From NCBI RefSeq assembly GCF_009834535.1, contig NC_045696.1:17114001-17178000 (forward strand): a stretch of DNA of 64,000 bases. Reading direction: 5' to 3'. Below, one piece after another: positions 25,925 to 40,155 of the stretch; position 1 is the stretch's first letter; each line of letters starts with the position of its first letter. Source of the DNA: Camelus ferus (Eukaryota). Position numbers and translations under genes: made by a program. The notes beneath the pieces were generated by a model that searched no databases, was not told the DNA's origin, and saw nothing but the letters and a program-made list of their open reading frames with translations.

Positions 25925-27929
25925 TCTAGGAATTTTCTTGATTATCATTTTTTAAGAAGTCTAATACACCTTTGGAGAATCTCTAGTCTATCAGGAGAGA
26001 CTATTTTTTTTCTCTTTAGATAGTACATGCGTTAAATTATGAACACTTAAGTTTTTGTTGTTGTTAGATTCTTAAAATTTTATTTTTCCTAGAGGTATGG
26101 GTAAGGTGCAGTAGAACATGTACTGAGTAAGTTCTGTTCTATTCTTGAAAGTGGGGATATGATAAACACCCTATTTTCTACCCCAGTTCCTGTTTGTATC
26201 TGTGAACTCTGAACATGGAGCCTCTGCATTCCCATTGCCTCCTCTGTACCTTTTTAATTATATTAAGTTGCTACTTTCTTGGTTAGCTTCATTCTTTTAC
26301 TCCATCCTCTTTCTATTATAAAGGTACCTGTTGAAATTGTCAACTCATTGGTGATTCTCTTTACCACCTTGTCCAGGAACTAAAGGTACCTATTCCTTTT
26401 CAATAGAAGTGGTGATAATTCATATACCTTCAATCATATGTCTATTATTCTTATCAGTGAAACTTTTTAAATTATTAGCTATCATATTAAATCATTACTA
26501 AATCATTCACATTTGACCATAACAGAGGATGTGCTTATCTGACTGTCCATTTTGGGGGAGGTCAAAATACAGAACACAGAAGAAAAACTTTTGGCCCACT
26601 CTTCCGAAAGGAGTGAACTTGTGGGTCACAGAAGGAGAATCAGGCTTAGTGAATGTGAATAATAAAAGTATCTTTAAAATTAACTTTAGTCAGTAGAATG
26701 TCTATTTAAGATAATAATTGCAGCAGTTTTATTACAGTATTACTCCATTCTGCACACATCTACTTTCATTCAAGAATCAGTGATTAAAATTTCTGTAACA
26801 TCAATATTTAATGGGAGATGAGGCTTTAGCCTGTCACTCTCAGTCTTTCTGTAAAAAGAGACCTTAACAATTATGAAATTTCCACATTTATTTGGTAGTA
26901 TATACTTAATCTTTCAATTTAGAATTTCCAGAGATTACAAAATAAGAGAAAAAATTAATGTAGTTGTAGCAGTCAAGAAATAAACTTGCAGTAGCCTTGT
27001 ACCACAGAGACCATCTCATAAACTTGTATACACACAAAGTACCTCCCAATGACAAGTTTATTGCAGTGGCCTTGTTGCTAAACTATGGGCACATATTTGT
27101 TAAGGACAAAGAGTTCTTAGAGGTGGATAATAGCAAATAGTGATGTGCTTATAAACAACTTCAGATAAACTACAGAGGTTCTGTAGAAAATATGAGAATT
27201 TTATATTAATTACTATAATTATTAGATATATTTAAGACAAAGGTTTGCATGTGTATAAAAATTCTCTAAACAGCAAAGTGTGTTCAAATGCATCCATGAA
27301 ATTAAATAAACAGAAACACATCTACAAAATAAAGTTTGGCTTTAAGAAATTAAAATCCAATACAGCAATCATTCTTTAAAACTTTGTAAAAAGGGAGAGG
27401 TAATCTGGCTTGTTTGTTATCCCCTCCTGATTTCACTCTGTGTGTTCTAATTTTGCTTTGTAGGGAAACCTTTTCCCCTGAAATTTAACTACTTTTGTTC
27501 AAAAGAGGGCAGTGTGTCTTCACAAATGGAAAATATATATACATATATAAGTATATGTATATATGTATATATAATAGATTTACATATGTTTTTGAATTTC
27601 AATTCCTGGGAAATATTGAGTGGAAATAAATTTCAATATATTGAATATAAGAACATGCTGCTTAATTTCAGAACTTCTTCAAAGTGAACATTATTTTTAT
27701 TTAAGTTGTTTTAAAATCATGTTGACACACATACATGTCATATAGATCATATAGATGATTGGATTTAGACAATGGTCAAAGATTAAATTCTTAGCTAGTC
27801 AACAGGATTTTCAGTGTAAAATCTAGAAAAATATGGTAAATACAATTAAGATATTTTTAGATTTTAACATGCTTACTGGACATTTGTTTAATTTTCAAGT
27901 AGCGTATTGGGGCAATTTACACATTCTTT

Positions 27930-28473
27930 TGTTACCTGAAAAGGGGAAGGAAAAAGATCCCAGTACTTGACTTACTCAAAAGAAAATTCAGACAGGAGAC
28001 GGAAATGTATTGCAAAAGATTTTGAAAATTTACTTAGTAGAGCAAAAGTACACCTCCAAGAATGGGAGGTGGGCTGATCCAGCGGAGGAGAGCAGTGGTA
28101 TTTGTTTGCCCTTCTCTTACACCCTCGTTTAGAGGTGGTCTCTTGATTGATTGATGGCTCTAGTCCCTGGAGTGCTTAGTCATGCCAGTCCCCTTTTGCA
28201 CATGTCCTCACCCATGTTGTACATAGAAAACCCCACGGAGGACCTAAATCACAATGTTAATTATATTACAGCAAGCATTGGGTCATGTCCAGTTAGGTCC
28301 TTGTTGTTACCACGCAGTTGCAGCCCTCAGGTTCTAACCCATTTCTTGCTGGCACTTATTTAGAGGAAGTGAAGTCCCTTTATGCTGGAGGCGGGCATAA
28401 CACCATCTTGCAGACCATCCCCCCCTCCTCCACCTTATCTGCCAAGTGCTCCCACTTATCTAACTACCTAACA
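27930..28473 (-). mobile_element. ERV1-class solo LTR
   Basis: TG...CA ends (tgttacctgaaaagggg ... ctaactacctaaca); near-TSD cttt / cctt; more GC-rich than the flanks. Confidence 0.75.
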
Positions 28474-29449
28474 CCTTGACCTTATCATGACTCTTTTTGC
28501 ACACTACATACTAGAGTTTAAACCAAAATATTGTTCCTGAAAGCATTAATATCATCTTCTAAAAGTTATTTATAATAAGGTGAAGAAATCTAAATTCACA
28601 GTGATCTAGACAAGAGTCCCTCATTCTAATCTGCAATGAGTTGGTCCAAACCTTACTATTAGACCAACCCCATCTAGGAAAAGATAATGGATAAGGGAAG
28701 GTGCTTAGCTCTATTGAAAGATGGAGTATTTGGAAGGCAGCTGTGCTCACCACTATGCTGCCAACACATTATTCCTGTGATAACTATGCAAGTTTAAAAA
28801 GCTAAAGATCTAAACTGTTCTTAGAAACTATGAACAGTACATATATGTAAATTTTAATATGGTTTTGTCTTTCAATGAGTTGCTCTTCCTAGAATAAACT
28901 TTGTATGTCCCCCCCAAAATTCATTCTTAGTACACACCAATGTAAATTAATCAATTTTGTTCATATCTGTTTCCAAAACATGTCACTGATATACTGAAGA
29001 ATGTATCTCTGAAAAGATGTCATTATCTGTTATTATCTTTTAGCATGTATAGATTGCATTTTATGGAAAATTGATTCCAAATTGTTGATACTTCCAATGG
29101 ACTCTTCTCCAGAGGCCACCATAGTAACTTCAATCAAGAAAATACTTTCATTAAAGGCACTAGAGTAAGTTCAGAGCCAATTCTCTTATGTACAGACTAT
29201 TTTCAACTTTATTTTTCTTTTCATAATAAAATGTGAAAATGTTTCAGCTCCCCCTCCTCCAAAAAAAGAAAAATGGAGTACTTGAAAAGACTTTTTCTTT
29301 GAGTGAAATACTATAGTGAGTGAGAGAAAAATGTCTGGAAAACCAGTGAGCCATATGATTTCATGGAAGGGAGTCCTGAACCGGGCATTATGTGATCTCA
29401 AACTCTAGATATCTGTCTCTTGATCCAGTGTAGAATTTCCTTGTGGAAT

Positions 29450-30660
29450 ATTTTATTCATACAAATATATAGATAATTTCTATGTGCAGTTTAAACAACG
29501 ATACAATGAATACTTGAGTATTCAGCATCCAAGTTAAGAAACAGAATGATGTTATGTCTCTAAAATACCTATCTTGATTCCTGATTGTACCATCCTCTCT
29601 CCCTTCTTCCCTTTCTCACAGGTCACCTATCACATTGACTGCTAATCACACTATTTTATTTCATTACAGCTCACATGGTGTCCCAAATCATTGTGTCCCT
29701 AAATCACATTTTACTCAATTGTCTAAGTTTGAAATTTAGATATTGTTTTCTGCTATTACTGCAATAACACAAAATTATTACAGAAGAATTTTGAATAGAA
29801 TTGATGGTAACATTCATTCTTGCCTTGTGCCTGATTATGACAGCAATGGATTCAATATTTCATTATTCAGTATTTTTACTGTTGGTTTTTGTAGATGCCT
29901 TATATAAGATTTAGGGACGTAACTTTAATTACTGAATCAAAAAGAATTTACTTTATACTTTTAAAGTCATAAATAGATGTTGGATTTTACAGATTGCTAT
30001 TTGCATTTATGAAGACAACCATATGGCTTTATCCTCTGTGTTTACCATATTCATTGTTAAATAATTTTGTAATGTTGTATTAACATGTTCTTCCTAAAAT
30101 TCCCAATCTGATCATAACCTATTTTCATTTTTAACCATTTGAAATCGAATTTTTGCATAACTGATCTTAAATGATAGTGACCTATAATTTTATATTTTCA
30201 CATAATCCTTGACTGATTTTAATCAAAATGTTAAACTAGTTTTACAAAATTAGTTGAAGCTGTTTCTTCTTGATTTATTCCCTGTGGCATTTTAAATAAT
30301 TTTTAAGTTTCTAGAAATTAAATATCTGGTAAAATTTATCTTTAAAACAATCCATTTTCTATCTTTTCTCAGTTTTCTCTCTATCTTAAAGTTGTCATAT
30401 ATTATTTTTTTTTAATTTTGTGCTCAAATATCAGGATATGCACACTTCTGTGTCTCTGTTTATCAGTTCAGACTGAATCTTGGATAAATTTATTTGATTT
30501 GCAAACTCAGACATTCTCTCAGCTCGAAATTTTTTATTTATTTTTTTCTTCTTCTAAATATCTTCTTTCTTTCTTCTTGAGAAGATCCTACTTTTTTTGA
30601 CGTTATTTCTCTTGGATGTCTGAAAGACTGTGGTAATTTGCCTCATGATTTTTATGTTCA
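29450..30660 (-). mobile_element. Old, fragmented L1 (L1M-type)
   Basis: cattcttgccttgtgcctgat...gttggtttttgtagatgccttatataagatttagg...atagatgttggattttac matches reversed L1 ORF2 RT-region text; extent approximate. Confidence 0.6.
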
Positions 30661-32819
30661 TATTTTTGGTCTGTGTTTGTGGTATGTATTGTTTTTATTT
30701 TTTCCAAGCTCATAACATGGGTTACAACATTAATTGCCCTTTTAAAACAAATTCATCTCTTAAAAATATCATTAAATTTTTAATTTTAGCTTCAGGGCAT
30801 AAGAGACTGTCTACTTCTTTAAACAATTGTTTTGTTTTCCATGAATTGTGCGTAATCTGCCCTGACAAATAATAATTTGCTATATATTTTTTTTTTTTGC
30901 AGGTACTTAGATCCAACATGTAAGGAACCATTTTCTTCTGCTCACGTATTAATCTCTGGTCAAGTTGTTGATGTAGCTAAAATTAAGAAATAATGAAGAT
31001 GGCAAAATCAGAAAGAATTTCCAGCCTCTCTTCATGGCTCTGTTGAATATAATCGCACGATCTGTCTGTCCCCTCTTGACATTAACTGAAGTTTCCTGTT
31101 CTCAGAACACCTGTTCAGGACTTCTCTAGCCTTTTGAGTCCTTCTTCTGGGACCTCAAGTTATTCTCCAGACACTTACTCAGCTGCTGGGCAGTGCATTC
31201 TAAGGGTAATGAACTTTTAGATGCCTTTCTTCTCTCTTCTGGAGACATTTGTTTACATTTTAATTAACGCAACCAAGCGAGCTTCCACTCACCTCAACAG
31301 AGAGGATTTGCTTACAGTTCTTTCTCTTTCTTTCTTTAGAGGTGAGGAGAATGTGCCAGCTGACCTGGTTTCCTCCCTGTGGTCAAACTCCACTGTATGC
31401 CCAGATGAACACCTCACTCTCATTGTTTGCCCTATGAGGAGTTTGGGCACAGGAAACCAAACAAGATGCCACCGTGGTACGCGTTTGCTATGAATAGTAA
31501 GACAGCTGTTCTCTGATCCAGCTATCATCTCATGCTTGTATCAGAATAGGAATGCAGATGTGAAGTTACCCTTGGATGATTCAGTCATGTGCCTGTTTAC
31601 TTGTTGCCTCTGCTGGAAGCCCAAATGTTTTTCAGAATTACTTATACTTAGTATTCCGTACATTCTGGTGAGCTTTGTTAGTTTGCTTTCATTTTATAGT
31701 CCACCCTAATGCCTGACATATGACAGGCATCCAGCACACAATTTGTTTATGAGAAAATGTGTAAATAACTGATTCCAGAGTAAATACCAATCTATACTAA
31801 TAAGCCATCGTTTATTTTTGTTTTCACCTGAAAGATTTATGCTACTGACTGCAGATTCAAACCAGAATTCTTTACCATGGCTTTAATAGCTGTAAAAAAG
31901 ATTTCAATACATCATTCTCATCTTATTTTCCATCTGCTTGTCCATTCACAAGGCTAATAATCAATACAAAATAACTTTGCCTTAAGTATTCCCACTATAA
32001 TGCCTTTTTTAGAGTATTTTAAACTGGCATCGGGTTTAAAACATCAGACTCAACTGTTCATGTAGTTTGTACCCTGGCTTTATGATTCAATAACTGTATT
32101 CCCTTATGTAGGCCATTTTCAATATGTTTATAGATGTGAAGTAGTTAAGATAAAGCCTGACTAATTATAAACATTTAACACATTTATTTATTACATATTC
32201 AACTTACCATGTTTTGTGTAATATGTGATCTATAATATACCAAACTAGTTTGGAAATTTCCCAAAACTGAAGATCAATAATGCACCCTATATTTGTTCAA
32301 ACTCCCACAATGTTTAGTACAATGTCTTAAAATCATACAGTAAACTTCCCAAATAGTATTAAGAAAGACTCTGAAATGATTTGACCTGAGCTGGTCTTTG
32401 AAAATAATTTGAATTCCATATGAAGAGAAATACGTAGGCAAGATACCACAATAGCCATAAATATAAGTCCTTGAATTTCATCAATCTCTAGGTCTTGGAG
32501 ATATTCCAATGGCATTTGCCTTGAAACGTGTCATTCCTTTAATCTATTTTGCCTTCGAACTCATTTCTGTCTCTGCCTCAACCCCATGGAGAGTCTTCTG
32601 TTATTTATTACATCAATTAGCAAGATATGTAAATGGTGGCAACTGTGTATATATCCATTGTCAACTGTCACAAAGACTTTAGTGACTTTTAATATACAAC
32701 AAAGTGTACAAGATAGGTGAGGTAATTAATGGACTGTTTTCAAGAATTCCATACTGTTACTCTGGTAAATCAAATTAATTACTGATAGAGAATTTGGGAT
32801 GGCAAACATTAGATCAATT

Positions 32820-33049
32820 ATTTATAAAAGAGACCTGAGAGAGCTCCCTTGCTTTTTCTGCCAATGTGAGGGCACAACAAAAAAGATGTCCATCCATGAA
32901 TAAGGAAGAGGGCCCCCACCAAACACTGGGTCTGCCTGCTCTTGGATCTTGGACTTCCCAGCCTCCAGAATTATGACAAATATGTTTCTGTTGTTTATAA
33001 GCCACACAGACCACAGTATGCTGCTATAGCAGCCCAAATGGACTAGACA
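32820..33049 (+). mobile_element. MLT1A-type LTR, 3' half
   Basis: ttataaaagagacctgagagagctccctt...gatcttggacttcccagcctccagaa...tttataagccac...tatagcagcccaaatggactagaca. Confidence 0.88.
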
Positions 33050-35089
33050 TCAATTTCAAGATTTTAATAAAACCGTTTTGTGTTATTAAAAGTAATTTTT
33101 GAATTTATAGTAGGAAAAATAATCAGCTGCTAAATAAAAAATATCCATTTTCTCTCATTCATAAAATATTATAATAATTTTAAAATGGATATTGCCATAT
33201 TTCTAAGGGGCATTGAGGTTTGTCTAAATCAGAGAAAGCTGATTCCTCTAAGGAAAACTGTGCTCTGTCAAAAATGATTTTGCAGTCCTTGGCCACTTGT
33301 TCCTTGAAGATAAAAAAGTAAACTATGTAATCAGATAATCAACATTAAAATTACTTGTCTATTTTTGCTCTAGGGTGAGAAGATAAGAATTTTCATCAGC
33401 AGAGACTCCCAGCAAGGAAATACTTGATATTATTATTTGTGTAAGCCCATGAAATATTATACTATACAACTCTGAGCATCAATAGTTAATTTATATGTTT
33501 CTTTTGAAGAGCATGTGTCTGAGACTCACCACAATACAACAGGAGCCACTATAATGGAAAAGAAAAAAAAAGGGAAATTAGTAACTTAAACATGGAATAG
33601 TTCAGTTATGTCTAAAGGCTGTGCCTTCATAGTCAGTTTTTAATTGCAAATGCAGATAGATAAGGACATTTAAATGTCTCCAGTAATAAATTGAGTAAAA
33701 CAGATTTATAATAGATTAATAAATAAAACGTGATACAATAAGAAAACTTATTATGTATTATACATACGTTTTATAGTATACATAACTTTGTAACAATAAA
33801 TACTAATTTGACCTATATGACTCACTAAATTATTTCTTAATAATTTCTTTATATGATATAGATTTTGTTTATATCTTTCCAATACAATAAGTTTATTGTA
33901 GGAGCTTTCACCCAGTACTAAATTTGAAAATAGTTAAATAAAATATGAGAATTTACACGTTAGTAATATATGCAGACTTGTCTCATTGTCACTCACAGAT
34001 TTAGCAATCTCTCCAGCCACTGAAGAGATACAGAAAATAAATGGAACACTGATTTCTCTAAATTGTTTTCCTGAGGCACTAATCATCAGAAACTACAGAC
34101 AAGCCACCAAGGACTATCATGCAAAAATAGAATCAATGTTGATTGCTTTTATTGTGGCTTGCATCTGCTTGTCTCATTATTTGTCCATTTCCTTTGATTT
34201 GTTGCCAATTTTCTACCAGATTTTACAAAAGCACTCATAAAATTGTTAATAAAGCATCTATTTGTTTGTTTTGACTTAACCGAAGAATCTAGTGGAAAAA
34301 GTAGAGTAAAAGGAAAATTGATCATATTTTATTTTCAATTTGGTGCCTTTCTTATCTACTTACCAAGAAAAGGGAAGCATTTCTATTGGTATTTTGAAGA
34401 TTACACAGAATGCAATACAATTGCCAAAGGAAACAGAAGTCACTTGATTCTTTCATAATTATTGGAAACAGTCGGGCTGGTAATTCATTTTAAAATAATA
34501 TCAGGGACTCCAGTGGTAGATAATGTTTGGTTTTCCATTTACATATTCAGATTTCTAGAGAAGTGCTGACATATCACTTTTGAAGGAAGTTCCCTCAAAA
34601 AATGCAAAATTCTAAACGTTGAGATGGTTACTGTATGTTAAGTGATGCTTAATTTAAAAAGAGTCTCCATAAAACAAAACAAGAAGTTAAAGCCCTGTTT
34701 CAAATTTGGGTCATCTCTCTTTTTTTTATTTTAATTTGTCCACTGCTAATACAGTCAAAGCTCATTTGGTTCAGTTCCAAAAAGCCGAGAAAAAGCTACA
34801 CAGTGACTCTCATAAACAGGCTGTTTTACAGGAAATAGTCTTTGTGCAACAGGGAGCAAGAGAGTTTTTAGCATGTGAAAACTGGAGGGCCACCATGACT
34901 CCTGACTGCCAAGAATTCTTCCACATTTCGCTGGTCTGGCAAATTTCAACTCAATCGCCAATGAATAATTCTAGGAGAACTTGAACTGTGTTGACACAAA
35001 GTTGCTTTAAGAAAAAAAAGGAGGGCAAGATATACTCACAGAATATTTCTATCATGTATCAGATGAAATGAAACAGTCATTCAAACCTG

Positions 35090-35390
35090 AATGAGTGTGT
35101 GTGTTTGTACACATATATACACATTTCAGGTATATAAGCTGTACACACAAATAAATTGTCAGTGGATCTAAAATAAAGCCCTAAATGCATATGTATATCT
35201 ATACAGATACACATGCACATACATACATAGATACATACTGTTAGCATCAGTATGATAACTGTATGTAATTGTAAATATGTGTGTGTATGCATGTATACAC
35301 AGATCCATATGTGTGTACCTGTTCACACACATCTATATGTACTTATGCTATACATTACACATATGTATACATATGCATGTATAAAATTAC
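35090..35390. repeat. (CATA/TG)-rich low-complexity tract
   Basis: Dense tacacata/tgtgtg/atatgt repeats; source of the spurious ORFs at 35077 and 35252. Confidence 0.7.
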
Positions 35391-35419
35391 ATCTGTGTAA
35401 GAACACAGCAATAGAAATT

Positions 35420-37760
35420 CAAGAATTCGAGTGAGAGATAATAAATCTACTGGAAAAAAGTAGACATTTTTAATTACTGAACTTTTCAGAGCTTAAGAAA
35501 AAAGTAGACATTTTCAATTGCTGAAATATTCAGTTTATTACTAACAAATAAAATAATTTCTTTTAAAATAGAAAGATGAGAGACCAGATAACACATACTG
35601 AGATAAGAAAAAAAAGATCCAACATAAACAGAGTCCCAGATGGAGCAAATACAGCATAAAATGGGATAAAACAGTCACTTGAAATTATTGTTTATGACAA
35701 CTCCCCTGAAATAAAATAAATGAAGTCACATATTTCTTCAGGCACATTTCCATGAAATATATCCAAGGAGAGAAAGCAGAAATCAAGAATTTTATATTAA
35801 AGTAAACTGTCCTTCAAGTATAAATCGTAGAGAAAAACTGATTTGAAAGTGTAAGAAATCAGAAGATATTTTTTAGAAATTTCTGTGGTTATAAATCAGA
35901 CATGCAAAGTGTCAGGACACAAAGGGAAATATACTGGTTGTGAGTATGAAATACACACACACAAGCACACACACACACACCCCCTGCAGAATTAAAAATA
36001 CAATCTACAGATAAAATGCTGGATGATATAAAAAGCAAATGTTTATGTCTCATGATTCTGGAGGCTACGAAATCCAACATCATGGCACTAGCACATTCAG
36101 TTTCTGATGAGAGTCCGCTTCCTAGATGGCTATCTTTTTGCTGTAGCATCAATGGAAGAAGAGGCCAGAGTTCCCTGGGGTCTCTTTTATAAGGGCAAAA
36201 TCCCATAATGAGGCTATCACCCTCATGAGCTAATCACCTCCTAATACTACCATCTTGGGTTTAGGATTTCAACATACAAATTTTTGAGGGACATAAATAT
36301 TCAGTCCATTACAAGTATATACCCTGAAATGTAAGATTATCATACCTGCAAATGTCCGTGGGGAAGGAGAAAAGAAAGCATTAAATAATTTCTTGCTTTA
36401 TCTGAGACACTAGGAAGTAAGAGAACATTGTTTAAAGCTGAAAAATTAAGTGATGCTATAGTTACTACATATTTATTAATATATAAAGATAGTAATCCTT
36501 AAAATCAGATAGTGGTGAACAGTGAGAATAAGAAAAGGAAACAAATAAAAAAATGTAATTCATTATACTAATTCATTATAATATATATAAAGCATAAGAA
36601 ACATCTTACAGATTAGATTTGACTAATGGCATTGTGGAAATTATAATTATCCATGTAACTTTTAGAGCAAATTTTAAACTTTCTAGTGTATCTGAAATTC
36701 TGTGTATACACAATGACAAACAATCAAGTGAAAAACAGAGTATCAAAAGACATGTGATGATGGATTTATGAACAAAAACTGTAGCTCCTAACGACAGGGC
36801 ACAAATCTAACTCTCATCTGTATGAATATGTCTTAACATCCACTAAATTAAAAAAATTTTCAGATTAAATTAAAAAATCTAACTCAATCACGTGTTGAAT
36901 ATAATGACACTTAAAAAATATTGATTCAGAGGGCCTGAGGAAAAAACAATGGCAAAGATGTACTTGAAAACCTCCAATGAAAAGAAATAACAATGTCTAT
37001 CCATTGACCCCAGGCAAAGTAGAATTCTGTCATCATTTTTTTTTCAATAAGGCAAAGATAGGAACTTAATGCAGTATTTTGGGGGAAATTTACAATGGAT
37101 ATATAATGGTCATGAAACTGTACACAACCAATAGGAACATTCTGAACCCCAACTTACAGGTGTTCCAAAGGGAAATAGACCCATACATACACATGTGCGT
37201 GCACAGACGCGCACACAAATGCTACACACACGTACATATTACAGAAACTGACCATATGGAGGGCAATTTGGCAATGTAAAAAAATCACAGATACACAAAA
37301 TCACAGATACACTTTGAAATGCCAAACCCATTTGCAGTAATTTGTCCTAGAGGCAACTTACACACGAACAGTGATAAATGTACAAGTATGTTCATAACAG
37401 CATTGCTTACAATAGTGAAAAAATACAAACAACCTATATGTAGGCCACTTATAGAATGATTATATAAAATAGAGACTTCTATATAATTGAATAATATGCT
37501 AAAGATTTTATACACATATAAGACATACATACACATTTAATTTATACACAAGCACGTATATACGTGTACTCCCTATGGACTAAGGAACTGTTTCCAACGT
37601 TTTATCAAGCATCCTGAACTTGGAGCATTGTATGCTACTTTTGCATAGAAGGACAAATAAAATATAGGTTTTGTATATAGTTATGAAGAAACTAGGTGGA
37701 TACAAAGCTAGCCAGTATAATCTAGTGCATTAGAGACATGGAATAATGGAAATCATTGGT
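35420..37760 (+). mobile_element. Old L1 fragments (ORF1 remnants through to ORF2 end/3'UTR)
   Basis: agatccaacataaacagagtcccaga; aaactgtccttcaagtataaa; gtatgttcataacagcattgcttacaatagtgaaaaaatacaaacaacct are L1M-type segments; interrupted by MLT1. Confidence 0.55.
36003..36313 (-). mobile_element. MLT1A-type LTR
   Basis: tctcatgattctggaggctacgaaatccaacatc...tctcttttataagggc...aggatttcaacatacaaatttttgagggacataaatattcagtccattaca. Confidence 0.85.
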
Positions 37761-38779
37761 TATAGGGTGTTTCCAAGATTTGATTGTTATGATTTCCACG
37801 TCTATTACAAAATGTCTATGGGCTACTATAATTTTAAACTATAGTCTACTTTATAATTAATTACTCAAGTCCAAAAAAGGGCAAGAGATATTTTCATTAG
37901 ATGATCTTAATGCAATAGGCTCTCTCAGCTTTCTAAACTATTTGGGAGACTCACTCTTCTCAATAAAATTTTCCTAAAATACTGACATTTGAAATAGATT
38001 TATGAAAAGCATTGAATTCACTATAAAGTTCTTTATTTTTGACAGTTGTAACATACAGACTTTTTTTTTTTAATAGCTGTCCGTTACTCATTTTGAAGTC
38101 GTTTCCTGACAGGCAGTGATCAGTATTACAAACATCCCCTCTTGCGCAGAGCTCTCATCCAGCGGGTCTCCTAAAATCTACAGGGAAACAAAGATCTTTC
38201 CTTGTACCATGAGGTACCTAATTTAACATTATAAGATTGCTCTACTGTTCTTACTAAATTGAAAGGATAATAGCTTAAACTTACACTATTCTAATTATAA
38301 CACACAACAATGCCAAATTCAAATTGACATCAAAAGTCAAATACAGTACATTAGCCTTCCTGCTAGTCAAGAGCTTAGATTATTATGGAAAATTATGCTT
38401 AGAAATTTACCATCATCAGGCTGAATTTAATGAACACTGACATATTTTTATTGATCTAGATCTTTCAAAGTAAATTTTACAGGCACTGGCATTTAAGAGC
38501 TTGGATTTTAAATCAGAGCAACCCTGATGTCTGACTCTAAAATGATGGTATTTGAAATAAAGAAAATAGGAGATTGGGAGAAAAAACAGAAGTGAGAGTG
38601 ACAGATCATAAGAAAAAAACACCACTGCATTTTAGTTTACTAAAATAAGGGCAATGCAAAAAAATCCCACCTTTTAATGATATTCTTATGTATTTTTGAG
38701 GGAAATGGATGGATCAAGGTCAAAGACCCCTGCAAGATAGAGGCGTGATCAGACATAAGATATCCTCACTATAATGAAG

Positions 38780-39323
38780 GTCAGTGAGCATCGCTTGTGG
38801 TTTGAGAGACAAATCTCAGTAAGCCTCTCTTCTGAAGAGATTCATTGATATTTTTGAACATTTATTTTGCTACATATGTTCAAGGATGTTTGCATAGCAA
38901 ACAGCCCTAAAGGATGGAAAGGTTATTTCCTTCCAAGACAAAGAACAGATTTTTTATTTCTTTCCAGAATAATAATAACAGTAAATGTCTTTCATAGCTT
39001 TCTCTGGAGGGAAGGTTGGGCATGTTTCTTAGTAGCCACAATTGAAAGACAGAACTTTCCTAAACTTGGGGCTTCCCCTCAGTCATGCAAGCATATTGTG
39101 TGTGCAGAATCTATTTGAGCTGCTTTGAATAGCCTAGTGGGACTCGGTGAGGAGGGAAGACATTTTGAACATAAAACTCATGGTTCCTGTGGTGCAGTGA
39201 ATACAAGTCCATTGTTTCTGAGCAGAAAAATCTACTGTCTTCTGCTACCATGTATGGAAATGTGCTAAACTAACTTATTAGCTTGAAAGCATGATAAAAT
39301 CTTCTCATCTTTTCAGTTCTTGA
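38780..39323 (+). mobile_element. ERVL LTR, MER76-like
   Basis: tgtttgcatagcaaacagccc...ttcctaaacttggggcttcccctc...gtgaatacaagtccattgtttctga...ctaacttattagcttgaaag...cagttcttga; 5' boundary uncertain. Confidence 0.55.
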
Positions 39324-39704
39324 AACCACCACTCTATTAGTCCACGATTAAGTTTGTCAGAATTGAGGCAAACAGTAACGTCCAAGAACGTTGAACTTAA
39401 CTGCCTCAGATTTCCACCCCTTTTTATATTTTTCTCATTCAATTGAATCCATTCTATCTCTCAATCAAACTGAAATTCCTTCCACTATTCTAGAATAACT
39501 TTTATAGTAAAGTCAGATAATCTTCTATTTGCATTTTAAATTAAAAAAAATAATTCCATAATCAACAGCCCTGTCAATCATGTGGGGATAATGAGTAAGT
39601 GTGCACATTTGTGTGCAGGACTGTAAGTATTAACGTGCTGAAGGGCTGAAGCTTTTGAAATGAGTGTTTTTAACTGCCATAATGTATACTCTGCGTAATG
39701 CTTC

Positions 39705-40155
39705 TGAAGGGGTCCAAACAAAACCTCCCTCACTTTGACATGTGAATTACTTTGAGCTGAAGACTATCAAGGCTCATAATATGCATGAAGAATTTTTTTT
39801 ATGTCCCCCTTAACTACTTAAAAGAATTTACATGGGGGGCCTGGCTCAGAGGGAGATCTACGACCAAAGATACTTTTATCTGAATGATCTACCCTCTGGC
39901 AAAGCAAGCATCTACTTAGCAAACACCTGTTCTTATTGTCCTGGGAATTACCTTCCTTCCCTTTGAAGCCCCAGGCCCCTGTCCCATTCACTCGCTCAGG
40001 ATGGCCTATAAACTTCGAGTACACAACTTGCCCTTGGGTCTCATCTCTTCGGGACTCCTGAAAGTATGTAATTAAATTTGTTTTTCTCCTGTTCTTCTAT
40101 GTCAATTTCATTAGACCAACCAAAGAACCTAGAACAGTAAAGGAGACAAATCTTT
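39705..40155 (+). mobile_element. ERV1 LTR, MER34/MER39-like
   Basis: tgaaggggtccaaac...gaattactttgagctgaagac...cctataaac...attaaatttgtttttctcctgtt...ttagaccaaccaaagaacctagaa. Confidence 0.7.

Noticed and set aside
33374..33440. Plus-strand coding exon (ctctag|G ... T|gtaagc)
   Set aside because: Stops in all three frames and no partner exons
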